Below, one piece after another: positions 1 to 10,151 of a stretch of DNA of 64,000 nt (positions within the stretch are counted from its first letter, which is position 1; each line of letters opens with the position of its first letter). Both the position numbers and the translations under genes were made by a program. The stretch spans positions 128,001-192,000 of the forward strand of contig CAWCIZ010000003.1 of the NCBI GenBank assembly GCA_963795855.1, given 5' to 3'. This stretch comes from Vulcanimicrobiota bacterium. Lineage in GTDB: Bacteria > Vulcanimicrobiota > Vulcanimicrobiia > Vulcanimicrobiales > Vulcanimicrobiaceae. Under the pieces are notes generated by a model. It searched no databases, was not told where the DNA came from, and was given only the letters and a program-made list of their open reading frames with translations.

Positions 1-88
1 TTCCGAGCAGCGCTTCGTACCCGGCGATACGCGGCTCGGATAAAAAACGATGCACGGGCGGAATCCCGCGCAGCGTTTCATTGCTCAT
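1..88 (-). CDS. 5' end of a CDS running off the window; N-terminus resembles L-seryl-tRNA(Sec) selenium transferase (SelA)
   Basis: Manual translation from ATG at 88 gives MSNETLRGIPPVHRFLSEPRIAGYEALLG, similar to the SelA N-terminal 'LRxLPxVxxLL' pattern. Only 29 codons are visible. Confidence 0.4.
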   Translation of the reverse strand, partial: MSNETLRGIPPVHRFLSEPRIAGYEALLG

Positions 89-110
89 CGCGAGGCCGTT
101 GCCTCGGTTC

Positions 111-438
111 CTAGTTCAGGTGCTTGGAGAGCATCGACGTAATCGTCTGCTCCGACACGTAGCCGACGATCCGGTCGACCGGCTTTCCGCCTTTGAACAG
201 AATCAGGCACGGGATGCCTGAGACTTGATATTCACCGGCAAGGTTCGGGTTGTCGTCCGTGTTGAGTTTGACGAACTTCGCGCGGCCGGCATGCGACCCC
301 GCAACCTTCTCGACGACGGGGGCGAGCATTTTGCACGGGCCGCACCAGGGCGCCCAAAAATCGACGAGCACGGGCTGCAGCCGCGCCCAGCACCTCTTGT
401 TGAAAATTCGTTTGCGATACGTCGGCTAATGCACTCAT
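111..438 (-). CDS. trxA: Thioredoxin (1-bp frameshift near 375-390)
   Basis: WCGPC active site in ORF 111..371. The N-terminus MSALADVSQTNFQQEVL lies in a neighbouring frame from ATG 438. Confidence 0.93.
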
Positions 439-496
439 ATTGCTCTCTAACATACCATGTCGCGTCCAGGTTTCGCGGGCAGGCTCCCCAGGCGCG

Positions 497-3017
497 CTAG
501 ACGCCCGGGGCGGTTTCAGCCGGTTCGCCGGTGATCTCCGTAATCTGTGTGGCCTGTTTGCCCAAATTCGTGATGGCGATGACTTCATCGCCTTCGCCCA
601 GCCGCTGCAGGCGGACGCCCTTGGTGGAACGGCCGGCTTTGCGGATGTCGGCGACGCGCAGGCGGATGACCTGATTGGACGAGGTAATCATCAGCATTTC
701 GTCGTCCGGCGCGACGAGGAGTCTGGTCGACGACCTTGCCGATGTCCTCGCGCTCCTTGGCGAATGCCTTCACGCCCTTGCCGCCGCGCGAGGTGTGACG
801 ATAATCGTCGATCGGCGTGCGCTTGCCGAAGGCCTGCGTCGTGACGAGCAGCACTTCCCGGCGGTTGTCTTCGAGCACGTCCATCGCGACGATGCAGTCG
901 CCCTTGTCGAGCGTCATGGCTTTGACGCCGCGCGCGTTGCGTCCCATCGGGCGCACGTCTTTCTCGTTGAAATGCACGGCCATGCCGTTCACGGTACCGA
1001 GAATGATGTCGCGAGTTCCGTCCGAGAGATCGACCGCCAGCAGTTCGTCGCCTTCGTCCAAATTGATCGCATTGAGTCCGTTGCGGCGCACGTTCGAAAA
1101 CTCGTCGAGTTTCGTTTTCTTGATCACGCCGTTCTTGCGTGACCATGACCATGTAACGCTCGCCCTCGAAGTTACGCACCGGGAAGACTGCCGTCACCTA
1201 TTCGCCCGGCGGCAGCGTGAGCAGATTGACCAGCGCGGTGCCGCGCGCTTGCCGCGTCGTGTCGGGAATCTCGAATCCGCGCAGGCGGTACGCGCGTCCT
1301 TTGTTCGTGAAGAACAAGACGTGATCGTGCGTCTTCGTGATGAAGAAGTTGCGGACGACGTCTTCTTTTTTCAGATTCGAGATGCCGATGACGCCGCGGC
1401 CGCCGCGGTTCTGCGTCTTGAACGTGTCGACGGAAACGCGCTTGATGTATCCGCCGACGGTGTACGTCACGACGACGTCGATGTTCGGAATCAGCGCTTC
1501 GACGGAGAACTCGTCCTCGGCCGGAATGATCGCCGTGCGGCGGTCGTCGCCGAACTTCTTCTTGACCTCGAGAATCTCGGTCCTGACGATGCCGGCGATG
1601 CGGCGCGGGCTCTTCAGAATGTCTTGCAACTCGGCGATGAGTTTGATGAGTCCCGCGTACTCCTCCTCGATCTTCTGCCGCTCCAAACCGACGAGCGTGC
1701 GCAGGCGCATGTCGACGATCGCGCTCGCCTGCACGTCGGAGAGTTTGAATCGCGCGGTGAGTTTCTGCTTGGCTTCGTCGGTCGTTTGACTGCCGCGGAC
1801 GATTTCGATGACTTCGTCGATGTTGTCGAGCGCAATGCGGTAGCCTTCCAGCAGATGCGCGCGTTCTTCGGCTTTGCGCAGATCGTACTGCGTGCGTTTG
1901 GTGACGACGACTTTGCGGTGCGCGATGTAATGCTCGAGCAGTTGCTTGAGCGAGAGCACCTGCGGTTCGACGGCGATCGTTCCGTCAGGGCGCGGTTCGC
2001 CCACCGGCACCAGCGCCAGCATGTTGAAGCCGAAGCTCGACTGCAGCGGGGTGTGCTTGTAGAGCTGGTTGAGCACGACTTTCGGCGTCGCACTCTTCTG
2101 CAACTCGACCACGACGCGCATGCCTTTGCGATTGGACTCGTCGTGCAGCGCGGAGATGCCTTGAATGCGCTTCTCCGAATGCGCTTCCGCGATCGCTTCG
2201 ACGATGCGGCTCTTGTAGACCTGATACGGAATCTCGGTGATGATGATCTTCTGGCGGCCCTTGTCTTCGACGATCTCGGCCTTGCCGCGGATCGGAATGG
2301 AACCGCGGCCGGTGCGGTACGCTTCGCGGATCGCTTCCTGCCCCATGATGATGCCGCCGGTGGGGAAATCGGGGCCGGTGACGATCTCGGCGAGCGCGTC
2401 GTCGGTCACCGCAGGATCGTCGATGATTGCCGCAATCGCATCCGCAATCTCGTTCAAGTTGTGCGGCGGAATATTCGTCGCCATGCCGACCGCGATACCG
2501 CTCGAGCCGTTGAGCAGCAGCTGCGGCAGTTTGCCGGGCAGAACGCTCGGCTCCATTCCCTGATTGTCGAAGTTGGGCGTGAATGCGACGGTTTCTTTAT
2601 CGATGTCGCTCAGCAGTTCGAGCGATGGACGCGCCAAGCGCGCTTCCGTGTACCGGTACGCTGCGGGCGGATCCGGATCGATCGAACCGAAGTTGCCGTG
2701 CCCGTCTACGAGCGTATAGCGCAGCGTGAAATCCTGCGCCATGCGCACGAGCGCGTCGTATACCGAGTGTCGCCGTGCGGATGGAACGACTTCAATACCT
2801 CGCCGATGATACCGGCGCACTTGCGGTGCTGCTTGGACGGATCCATGCCCATCTCGCGCATCGCGAAAAGAATGCGCCGCTGCACCGGTTTGAGTCCGTC
2901 GCGCACGTCCGGAAGCGCGCGAGACGCGATGACGGACATGGCATAGGAGAGATAACTCTCCCGCATTTCGTCTTCGACGTTGATCTGCGAGATGATATCG
3001 TTATTGCTGGGGTTCAA
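497..3017 (-). CDS. gyrA: DNA gyrase subunit A (split by ~3 indels and one in-frame TAG, probably sequence errors)
   Basis: Motifs [49 protein letters not shown], GyrA-box QNRGGRG and C-terminal beta-pinwheel repeats are spread over ORFs 2706..3017, 1198..2820, 691..1197, 585..1127 and 497..697. Confidence 0.95.
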
Positions 3018-3126
3018 TTATATGGCACTCCGGCCGAGCCTCCGCGCCCCCCGCGTTGCGGGGCCCGCAGAAGTCCGCCCATCGGTATGGAATCGCTGCT
3101 TGACGCCGCAACGATTCCTTTGTTGA

Positions 3127-3381
3127 CTATTCATCGAACTTGACAAGACCGCCGAGCGCAACTGCCGGAACGTCGAATTCGCGCGTCGCGAAAATCGGGT
3201 CCGTTTCGGGCAGCGGCTCGTCCTCGAATTCGGCTTGCGGCGCAAAGTCGTCGACCTGCATTTGCGGCTGCAAACGCATGACCCCGGCCTGCAATCGTTC
3301 GTGGGCGGCCGCCGCGGCGGCTCGCAAGTCTTCGAGATATGCTTGCGCTTGCGCGCTTATCTCGGCGCGGTGATCAGTCAT
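3127..3381 (-). CDS. Hypothetical acidic protein (~84 aa)
   Basis: ORF MTDHRAEISAQAQAYLEDL... with AAGGG before the ATG. It fills the gap between gyrA and tsaE. Confidence 0.55.
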   Translation of the reverse strand: MTDHRAEISAQAQAYLEDLRAAAAAAHERLQAGVMRLQPQMQVDDFAPQAEFEDEPLPETDPIFATREFDVPAVALGGLVKFDE

Positions 3382-3459
3382 CCCTTGAGGAGAGCCAGTA
3401 CCCACGCAAGAACACCGGCGACCTACGCACCTTCACGGAGCCCTATCTTCGCCAAAGCC

Positions 3460-3879
3460 ATGATTCGGACATTTCACAGCGAGCAAGACTTCCTCGATTT
3501 CGCCGCCGTCTTTGCACGCGATCTGCGGCCGGGGGACGTCGTCGGCCTTTCGGGACCGCTCGGCGCGGGCAAAACCGCATTCGTGAAGGCCGTCGTAAGT
3601 GAACGGCTCGGAACGGATCCCGCGAGCAGCCCCACGTTCACGTTCTGGCACCGCTACCCCGGAACGCCGCCGATCGATCATCTCGACCTGTACCGCGTGG
3701 ACGACCCGGCGGAAATCACCGAACTGGGTTTGGACGACGCTTTCGACGGCACGTCCATCGTGCTCGTCGAGTGGTGGCGTAACGCGCCGGAACTGTTGCC
3801 GCCGGTCCGCTATGAAATCGACATTCAAGGCAAGGGATCGGACGCGCGCTGCGTCACGCTGCGGACGCCCGCCGAATGA
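3460..3879 (+). CDS. tsaE: tRNA threonylcarbamoyladenosine biosynthesis ATPase TsaE
   Basis: GPLGAGKT Walker A, SSPTF, HLDLYR and VEW motifs. Confidence 0.93.
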   Translation: MIRTFHSEQDFLDFAAVFARDLRPGDVVGLSGPLGAGKTAFVKAVVSERLGTDPASSPTFTFWHRYPGTPPIDHLDLYRVDDPAEITELGLDDAFDGTSIVLVEWWRNAPELLPPVRYEIDIQGKGSDARCVTLRTPAE

Positions 3880-4526
3880 TCGTTCTGGCTTTCGATGCGG
3901 CGCTCGGCGCCTTCTCGGTTGCGCTCACTCAGGACGGAAAGGCGATCGCGAGCGACGAGCGGCCGGGCAACGTCGCACTGGAACAAGGGCTTGCGGCAAT
4001 CGCGAGCGTCCTCCGCCAAGCGCACATCCCGCCGCAGCAGGTCGATCGCCTGGCGGTCGGCATCGGCCCCGGCAGCTTTACCGGCGTCCGCATCGCGATC
4101 AGCTACGCCAAGTCCCTGGCGCTCGGCTGGCGACGCCCGCTCACCGGCGTGAATTCCTTCGATGCAATCGAGGCGGGAACGAAAACGGCAGAACCGGTAC
4201 TCGCGGTCGTGCGCGGCCGCGCCGGCGTCATCTCGGTGCGCTATCGCCTCGGCGGCGAGGCACGGCGAGCATCCGGATACGTTGACAGCGTGCTTTCGGA
4301 GATTGGCCGCGGCTCAGGGGTGCTCAGCGTTCTAGGCGATGCGGAGGACGTGCTCGCCGGCCTTGCCGAACGCGGCTGGAGCGTGCAAAAAATCGACCGC
4401 GTCTTCTTGCCTCCTGCTCTTGCCGTCGCCGTGCTGGCGGCGGAGCGCGAACCTGCCCGCAGCTCGCACGAAATACGCGCTGACTACGGCGAGCAGCCCG
4501 CGGCGAAAGTGCCGAAGGGCTTGTGA
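3876..4526 (+). CDS. tsaB: tRNA threonylcarbamoyladenosine biosynthesis protein TsaB
   Basis: LAVGIGPGSFTGVRIAIS motif. ATGA overlap with tsaE. Confidence 0.93.
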   Translation: MIVLAFDAALGAFSVALTQDGKAIASDERPGNVALEQGLAAIASVLRQAHIPPQQVDRLAVGIGPGSFTGVRIAISYAKSLALGWRRPLTGVNSFDAIEAGTKTAEPVLAVVRGRAGVISVRYRLGGEARRASGYVDSVLSEIGRGSGVLSVLGDAEDVLAGLAERGWSVQKIDRVFLPPALAVAVLAAEREPARSSHEIRADYGEQPAAKVPKGL

Positions 4527-5059
4527 AACTCGAGCCGCGTCCGGACTTGGGACAGCGATCGCCGCTGGTCATCGAACCGATGGCCGACGCGGACGTGAAA
4601 GACGTGCTGCGGATCGAACAGCATTCGTTCGCGACGCAATGGCCCAGCAACGCGTTTCAGCAGGAACTCCACGACAATAAACTCGCGCATTATTTCGTCG
4701 GACGCGTCGACAAGCAACTCGTTGCATACGGCGGCATCTGGGTGATTTTGGAAGACTCGCACGTCACGACGATCGCCGTTCACCCCGGCCATCGCGGGAA
4801 TAAATACGGCGAAATCATGCTGCTGCGTTTGCTGGACGAAGCCATGGCGCGCGGCGCTTCCTGGATGACGCTCGAAGTGCGCGAGAGCAATACGGTCGCG
4901 CAGAACTTGTACCGCAAATACGGCTTCACGACGGTCTCGACGCGCAAGGGCTATTACAGCGACAACAGCGAGAACGCGCTGGTCATGTGGGCCGGCAATT
5001 TGAAAAGCGCGATCTACAAGAACCGGCTGCACGCGCTGCGTTCCGCCGTTCTCGGATGA
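4523..5059 (+). CDS. rimI: Ribosomal-protein-alanine N-acetyltransferase RimI
   Basis: GNAT motifs HVTTIAVHP, TLEVRESN..AQNLYRKYGF, RKGYYSDNSENALVM. Typical tsaB-rimI synteny. Confidence 0.92.
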   Translation: MKLEPRPDLGQRSPLVIEPMADADVKDVLRIEQHSFATQWPSNAFQQELHDNKLAHYFVGRVDKQLVAYGGIWVILEDSHVTTIAVHPGHRGNKYGEIMLLRLLDEAMARGASWMTLEVRESNTVAQNLYRKYGFTTVSTRKGYYSDNSENALVMWAGNLKSAIYKNRLHALRSAVLG

Positions 5060-5646
5060 GGTTCGCGCACCTCGCCGGAGGCGTGCGAGAACATCTCGGG
5101 CAGGAGTACCGCTACGCGCACTGCGTGCGCGTGGCCCGTATGTCTGAAAATCTCGCGCGCATTCACGGCGCGGATCCCGGCAAAGCGCGCCTTGCGGGCA
5201 TGCTGCACGATCTGGCACGGTTGTATTCTGCGCAACGGCTACTCGCGGAGTCGGCTTCATACGGCGTTCCGATAGACGCATACGCTCGCGCGTATCCCGT
5301 CGTTCTGCATGCGCCGCTTTCGGCGCGGCTGGCTGCCGCGATGTTCGGCGTCAAGGACGACGAAGTGCTCTCGGCGATTGCCAAACACACGCTTGCCGCC
5401 GGCGACATGTCGACGCTCGACTGCATCCTTTACCTGGCAGACGGACTGGAGCCAGGCCGCGACTACCCCGAGCGCCGCGAATTAGCGGCGTTGGCGGAGC
5501 GCGACCTGCGCGCGGCGATGCATGCAACGATCGCCTCCTCTCTGCGGTATCTTACACAGAGGCACTTGCCCGTCGCACCGCAAACCGCGGCGGCGATGCG
5601 CACCTTCGGCCTACGGGCCGACGCACTGGAGACCGGAACTGGCTGA
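5056..5646 (+). CDS. yqeK: HD-domain hydrolase, YqeK family (Ap4A hydrolase)
   Basis: RYAHCVRVA, LHDLAR, LHAPLSA, HT and YLADGLEPGR motifs. Lies directly upstream of rsfS. Confidence 0.85.
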   Translation: MRFAHLAGGVREHLGQEYRYAHCVRVARMSENLARIHGADPGKARLAGMLHDLARLYSAQRLLAESASYGVPIDAYARAYPVVLHAPLSARLAAAMFGVKDDEVLSAIAKHTLAAGDMSTLDCILYLADGLEPGRDYPERRELAALAERDLRAAMHATIASSLRYLTQRHLPVAPQTAAAMRTFGLRADALETGTG

Positions 5647-5980
5647 CATTCTCGAGATCGTTCGCGCCGCGGCGCTCGACAAAAAGGCGGAGGACTTCAC
5701 GGAAATCGACGTCGCGGGACGTACGATCATCGCGGACAAGTTCGTCATCATCACCGGACGCTCGAAAATTCAGACGCGTTCGATCGCGGACAGCATCACC
5801 GAAAAAATAAAGGAGCACCGCCTGCGCGTGTCGCGCGTCGAGGGCTACGCCGATGCGAACTGGATCTTGATCGATCTCGGACCGGTGGTGGTGCACGTGT
5901 TCACGCCCGAGCAGCGCGCGTTCTACAACCTCGAACGGTTGTGGGCAGCGGCGAAAGAACCGCAGGCCCAGACGTCATGA
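5639..5980 (+). CDS. rsfS: Ribosome silencing factor RsfS (Iojap)
   Basis: DKKAED, FVIITGRS..Q, EG...WILIDLG.VVVHVF..EQRAFYNLERLW. Start codon approximate (CTG after GGAG). Confidence 0.92.
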   Translation: MADILEIVRAAALDKKAEDFTEIDVAGRTIIADKFVIITGRSKIQTRSIADSITEKIKEHRLRVSRVEGYADANWILIDLGPVVVHVFTPEQRAFYNLERLWAAAKEPQAQTS

Positions 5981-6120
5981 ACGCGCGCAGGCCGAGACCG
6001 CAAAACACGCGAGCGGCAAGGCGGCGCAAGAACGCGCTGCTGCGTGCCGGGGTCTGGATCTTTCTGGTCATCTTCGCGCTGAGCAGCGTCGGGTTCGTCT
6101 TGGGAGTTTTCGTGAAATGA
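5977..6120 (+). CDS. Small single-pass membrane protein (47 aa), not in the ORF track
   Basis: MNARRPRPQNTRAARRRKNALLRAGVWIFLVIFALSSVGFVLGVFVK. ATGA overlaps with both the rsfS stop and the next gene's start. Confidence 0.75.
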   Translation: MNARRPRPQNTRAARRRKNALLRAGVWIFLVIFALSSVGFVLGVFVK

Positions 6121-7076
6121 ATCGCGTTTTCGTAGCGGCCGCCCTGGTGACCGCTTTTATTGCAAGCAGCGCACCGGCGCTCGCGGCGCAGTTCGTTCAG
6201 GACAATGCCGGATTGTTCTCGGCGGGCACCGTCGCGCAGTTGCAAACGCGCATCTCGAATTTTAATCGCCAGACCGGCAAAGAGATCGTCGTCGTGACGG
6301 TACCTTCCGCTCCGAACGGCAATGCGGCGACCGCGGCGGAAAACGTCTTCGCGCAGCAATCGGTAAATGGCGTCCTTATCTTCGTCGACAAAGGCGATCG
6401 GCAAAGTCGCGTGATTCCGGACCGCGCGGCGGTTCAAGCGGGCTGGTGGAACGCCCAAACGTCTTCGTCGGTGCTGGCAGCGATGAATTCGCAGTTTCAC
6501 GCCGGCAATTTCGACGCCGGCATCACGAACGCGGTCAACGCCGTGTTCGACGTCTACCGATCGCATCTCGGTTCGCTTCACTCGAATACGTCATCGGCGC
6601 CCGTTTCGACGCAACAAACCGCCGGCGGCGGAGTACATATCAGCATGTTCTGGTGGATCATTATCGCGCTATTCGTCTTCTTCATCATCCGTTCGCTCTT
6701 GCGCGCGCGCAGCGGCGCATATTACGGCGGCGGACAGGGGTACGGCCCCGGCGGTCCTGGCTACGGGCCGGGATACGGCCCCGGTTACGGAGGCTTGGGT
6801 TACGGCGGCGGCTGGGGCGGCGGTTTTTGGAGCGGTCTGCTGGGCGGTCTCGGCGGTGCGTGGCTCGGCAACGAGATGTTCGGCCACCAAAACTTCGGCG
6901 GCATGCAAAGCGGCATCGATCCCGGCGTCCAGCAAAACGCACCGGACGCCGGCGGGTGGCAAAGCGATCCCGGTCAAGCGGACATGGGCGGAAGTGCCGG
7001 CGGCGGCTGGGGCGGCGGTGGTGACCTCGGCGGCGGAGGCGGCTTCGGCGACGGCGGCGCCGGAGGCGGCTGGTAA
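6117..7076 (+). CDS. TPM-domain membrane protein with Gly-rich C-terminal tail
   Basis: Signal peptide, VQDNAGLFS...TGKEIVVVTV (TPM/YgcG-like), one TM helix, tail ending GGGGFGDGGAGGGW. Confidence 0.85.
   Translation: MNRVFVAAALVTAFIASSAPALAAQFVQDNAGLFSAGTVAQLQTRISNFNRQTGKEIVVVTVPSAPNGNAATAAENVFAQQSVNGVLIFVDKGDRQSRVIPDRAAVQAGWWNAQTSSSVLAAMNSQFHAGNFDAGITNAVNAVFDVYRSHLGSLHSNTSSAPVSTQQTAGGGVHISMFWWIIIALFVFFIIRSLLRARSGAYYGGGQGYGPGGPGYGPGYGPGYGGLGYGGGWGGGFWSGLLGGLGGAWLGNEMFGHQNFGGMQSGIDPGVQQNAPDAGGWQSDPGQADMGGSAGGGWGGGGDLGGGGGFGDGGAGGGW
6738..6794 (+). repeat. In-frame GYGP tandem peptide repeats
   Basis: Encodes GYGPGGPGYGPGYGPGYGG inside the TPM protein. Confidence 0.7.
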
Positions 7077-7148
7077 CCTTTAGCCGCTAACCGCGGCCAA
7101 TTATTGGGCATCGAGGGCGTCACTTGTGCAGCCGGGAAACGGCGAGCA

Positions 7149-10100
7149 ATGCGACGCTCTCTTTGCTTTGTACTCGCAGCGGCGATGCAGCTTCCGCTGC
7201 TTTCGCTCGCCGTGCCCGCTCGGGCCGCCGTGAACGCCGATCTCTTCGGCGGGCTGCGGTGGCGAAACATCGGCCCGCTGCGCGCGGGCCGCGCGATTAC
7301 CGTTGCCGGAGTGCCCGGTCAACCGGAAAAGTTTTACTTCGGCGCCGTCGGCGGCGGTATTTGGCTTACTGAAAACGCGGGCAGGACGTGGACGCCGATT
7401 TTCGACGCGGAACCGGTCGCGTCTATCGGCGCGATTGCCGTGGCGCCGAGCGATCCGAACGTCGTCTATGCCGGCAGCGGCGAGGCCGACATGCGATCGG
7501 ACATTCAGCACGGCGACGGCATGTACAAGAGCGTCGACGGCGGTAAGACCTGGTCGCATATTGGGCTCGACGACACGCGCCAAATCGGACGCATCGTCGT
7601 CGATCCCAAGGACGCGAACGTTGCGTACGTTGCGGCGCTCGGGCACCAATACGGGCCGAACGCCGAGCGCGGTGTTTTCAAAACGCTCGACGGCGGCAAG
7701 ACGTGGAGCAAGATACTCTACAAAAATGAAAACACCGGCGCGATCGATCTCGCGCTGAGCCCGTCCGATCCGAACATCGTCTTCGCCTCGCTTTGGCAAA
7801 CGCGGCGTCCGCCGTGGAACGTGTATCCACCCAGCAATGGTCCCGGAAGCGGGCTGTACAAAAGCACCGACGGCGGCAAGACGTGGGCGCAGATCGCGGG
7901 GCACGGTTTTCCGGCAGGCGTGCTGGGGCACATCGGCATTTCGATCTCCCCCGCGAATCCCAACCGCGTTTACACGATCGTCGACACGAACGAAGAGAAA
8001 ACCGGCGGGGTGTACCGATCGGATGACGGCGGCGCGACGTGGACGCACACCGACGGTGAAGGGCGCATCTGGAAACGCGGCTGGTATTTCGGTCAAATCA
8101 CCGCCGATCCGACAAACGCGGACGAAGTGTACGTGATGAACACGTCGACGTACCGTTCGACGGATGCCGGCAAATCGTTCACCGCGATCAAAGGCGCGCC
8201 GGGCGGAGACGACTACCACGCGTTGTGGATCGACCCGCACGACTCGAACCGCATGGTGCTCGGCGGCGATCAAGGCGTGGTGGTGTCCGTCGACGGCGCA
8301 AAAACGTGGAGTTCCTGGTACAACCAATCGACCGCGCAAGTCTATCACGTCATCACCGACAACCGCTTCCCGTATTGGGTGTATGCAGCCCAGCAAGACT
8401 CAGGTGCCGTTGCCGTACCGAGCCGCAGCATTCATAGCAGAATCTCCGCTTACGACTGGCGCCCGATCGACGCGGGCGGGGAAAGCGGAACGCTCGCGCC
8501 GGACGCACTCAAACCGGGGCACGTGTACGGCAACTCGCCGACGACGTACGAAAACATCGACACGAATTGGGAACTCTCGATCGATCCCACGCTGAAGTAT
8601 CCCGACACCGTTTGGCGCAACACGTGGACTCTTCCGATCGTGGTTTCACCGCAGAATCCGCGCGTGCTGTACACGAGTCGCCAGCGCATTTTTCGAAGCG
8701 CGGACGGGGGCCGCTCGTGGCAGTTAATCAGTCCGGATTTGACGCGACCGCTCAACGTCGTGCCGTCGAATCTCGATCCGGCGACCCGCGCGGACAGCAC
8801 CGGATTGGCGCGTCGCGGAGTCGTGTATTGGATCGCGCCGTCGCCGATTCGCGCGCATATGATCTGGGCCGGCACGGATGACGGCTTGGTCTGGATCACG
8901 CGGGACGAAGGCGCGCACTGGGAAAACGTCACGCCGCCATCGATTACGGCATGGAGCAAAGTGGGCGTCATCGACGCTTCGCATTTCGATGCGCAAACGG
9001 CGTACGCGGCGATCGACCGCCACCGGCTAGACGACAACCGCCCGTACATCTACAAAACGCACGACGGCGGCAAGCGTTGGTCGATGATTACGAGCGGCAT
9101 TCCTTCGAACGAATCGGTGAACGTCGTCCGCGAGGATCCCAAGCGCCGCGGCCTGTTGTACGCCGGAACCGAACGCCGGGTTTACGTCTCTTTCGACGAC
9201 GGCGCGCAGTGGCAGCCGCTGCAGTTGAACCTGCCGGTCGCGTCGATGCGCGACATCACATTCAACGGCGATGACGTCATCCTCGGGACGCACGGGCGCG
9301 GCATTTGGATTCTCGACGACGCATCGCCGCTTCGGCAGATCGCCGGGGTCAGCGGCACGACACTATTCAAACCGGCCGCGGCGTATCGAACGCGTCCAGG
9401 CTCGGACCAGGGCACGCCGCTGCCGCTCGATGAGCCCGGACTCCCGAACCCGCCGAACGGCGCCGCGATCGATTATTACATCGCGGGCGCCGGCACGCCG
9501 ATCGTGCTCTCGATCACGGATGCGTCGGGACGGACGGTACGCCAGTGGTCTTCCACGGACAAAGCGGTCAGCGTCGATCCGAGGTCGCTCGACATTCCGA
9601 TGTACTGGATGCATCCGCAGCTGCCGCCCTCCGCGCAGCGCGGTGCCCACCGGTGGATGTGGGACTTGCGTTATGCCGGAACCGGACGGGGCCGCTTCGG
9701 CCGAGGCGGCGGTCCGCTCGCGCCGCCCGGAACGTACGCGGTGCATTTGCGCGCGGGCGGCAAGACGTATTCGCAGGCGCTGATCGTGCGCCGCGATCCA
9801 ACGTATCCGGCGAGCGACGCCGATCTGCGCGCGCAGTTCGTGCTGGCCGAACAGATTGAAGCGGAATCGCAGGCGGTAAAGGCGGCGCTGCAGCGCGCCA
9901 AATCGCTGGAGAAGCAGCGACCGCAGCTTCGCGCGCTCGTCGGGGAAGCTCCGCCGACGACGCCCGACGATTCGGTTGGGAAGCCCGCGCAGGACTTCAA
10001 CAGCCTGCGCTACATCGGCGATGCGCTGCAAGGTTTGCAGAGTGCGGTCGACAGCGCCGATGCACGGCCGACGCCCGATCAATACGCGGCATTCGCAACG

Positions 10101-10151
10101 CTTAAGAACAAAGCCGCGAACGCGATGCGGGCACTCGCGTCAGTGCACTAG
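7149..10151 (+). CDS. Secreted BNR/Asp-box repeat (VPS10/sortilin-like) beta-propeller protein, putative glycosyl hydrolase
   Basis: Signal peptide, LRWRNIGPLRAGR and many S/TxDGGKTW Asp-box repeats. Confidence 0.85.
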   Translation: MRRSLCFVLAAAMQLPLLSLAVPARAAVNADLFGGLRWRNIGPLRAGRAITVAGVPGQPEKFYFGAVGGGIWLTENAGRTWTPIFDAEPVASIGAIAVAPSDPNVVYAGSGEADMRSDIQHGDGMYKSVDGGKTWSHIGLDDTRQIGRIVVDPKDANVAYVAALGHQYGPNAERGVFKTLDGGKTWSKILYKNENTGAIDLALSPSDPNIVFASLWQTRRPPWNVYPPSNGPGSGLYKSTDGGKTWAQIAGHGFPAGVLGHIGISISPANPNRVYTIVDTNEEKTGGVYRSDDGGATWTHTDGEGRIWKRGWYFGQITADPTNADEVYVMNTSTYRSTDAGKSFTAIKGAPGGDDYHALWIDPHDSNRMVLGGDQGVVVSVDGAKTWSSWYNQSTAQVYHVITDNRFPYWVYAAQQDSGAVAVPSRSIHSRISAYDWRPIDAGGESGTLAPDALKPGHVYGNSPTTYENIDTNWELSIDPTLKYPDTVWRNTWTLPIVVSPQNPRVLYTSRQRIFRSADGGRSWQLISPDLTRPLNVVPSNLDPATRADSTGLARRGVVYWIAPSPIRAHMIWAGTDDGLVWITRDEGAHWENVTPPSITAWSKVGVIDASHFDAQTAYAAIDRHRLDDNRPYIYKTHDGGKRWSMITSGIPSNESVNVVREDPKRRGLLYAGTERRVYVSFDDGAQWQPLQLNLPVASMRDITFNGDDVILGTHGRGIWILDDASPLRQIAGVSGTTLFKPAAAYRTRPGSDQGTPLPLDEPGLPNPPNGAAIDYYIAGAGTPIVLSITDASGRTVRQWSSTDKAVSVDPRSLDIPMYWMHPQLPPSAQRGAHRWMWDLRYAGTGRGRFGRGGGPLAPPGTYAVHLRAGGKTYSQALIVRRDPTYPASDADLRAQFVLAEQIEAESQAVKAALQRAKSLEKQRPQLRALVGEAPPTTPDDSVGKPAQDFNSLRYIGDALQGLQSAVDSADARPTPDQYAAFATLKNKAANAMRALASVH

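Noticed and set aside
1198..1200. In-frame TAG in gyrA as evidence of amber recoding or pyrrolysine
   Set aside because: TAG is the normal stop for trxA, comEC, nadC and others in this window. It is a single instance in an error-rich gene and is one substitution from GAG/AAG/CAG.
817..2946. Long + strand 709-aa ORF and other long antisense ORFs (e.g. 7101..8396, 40412..41875, 59808..60941)
   Set aside because: These are shadow frames of real genes in high-GC DNA and have no recognisable motifs.
497..3017. Programmed frameshifting or a naturally split gyrA
   Set aside because: No slippery heptamers or consistent signals at the breaks, and similar indels occur throughout the window.
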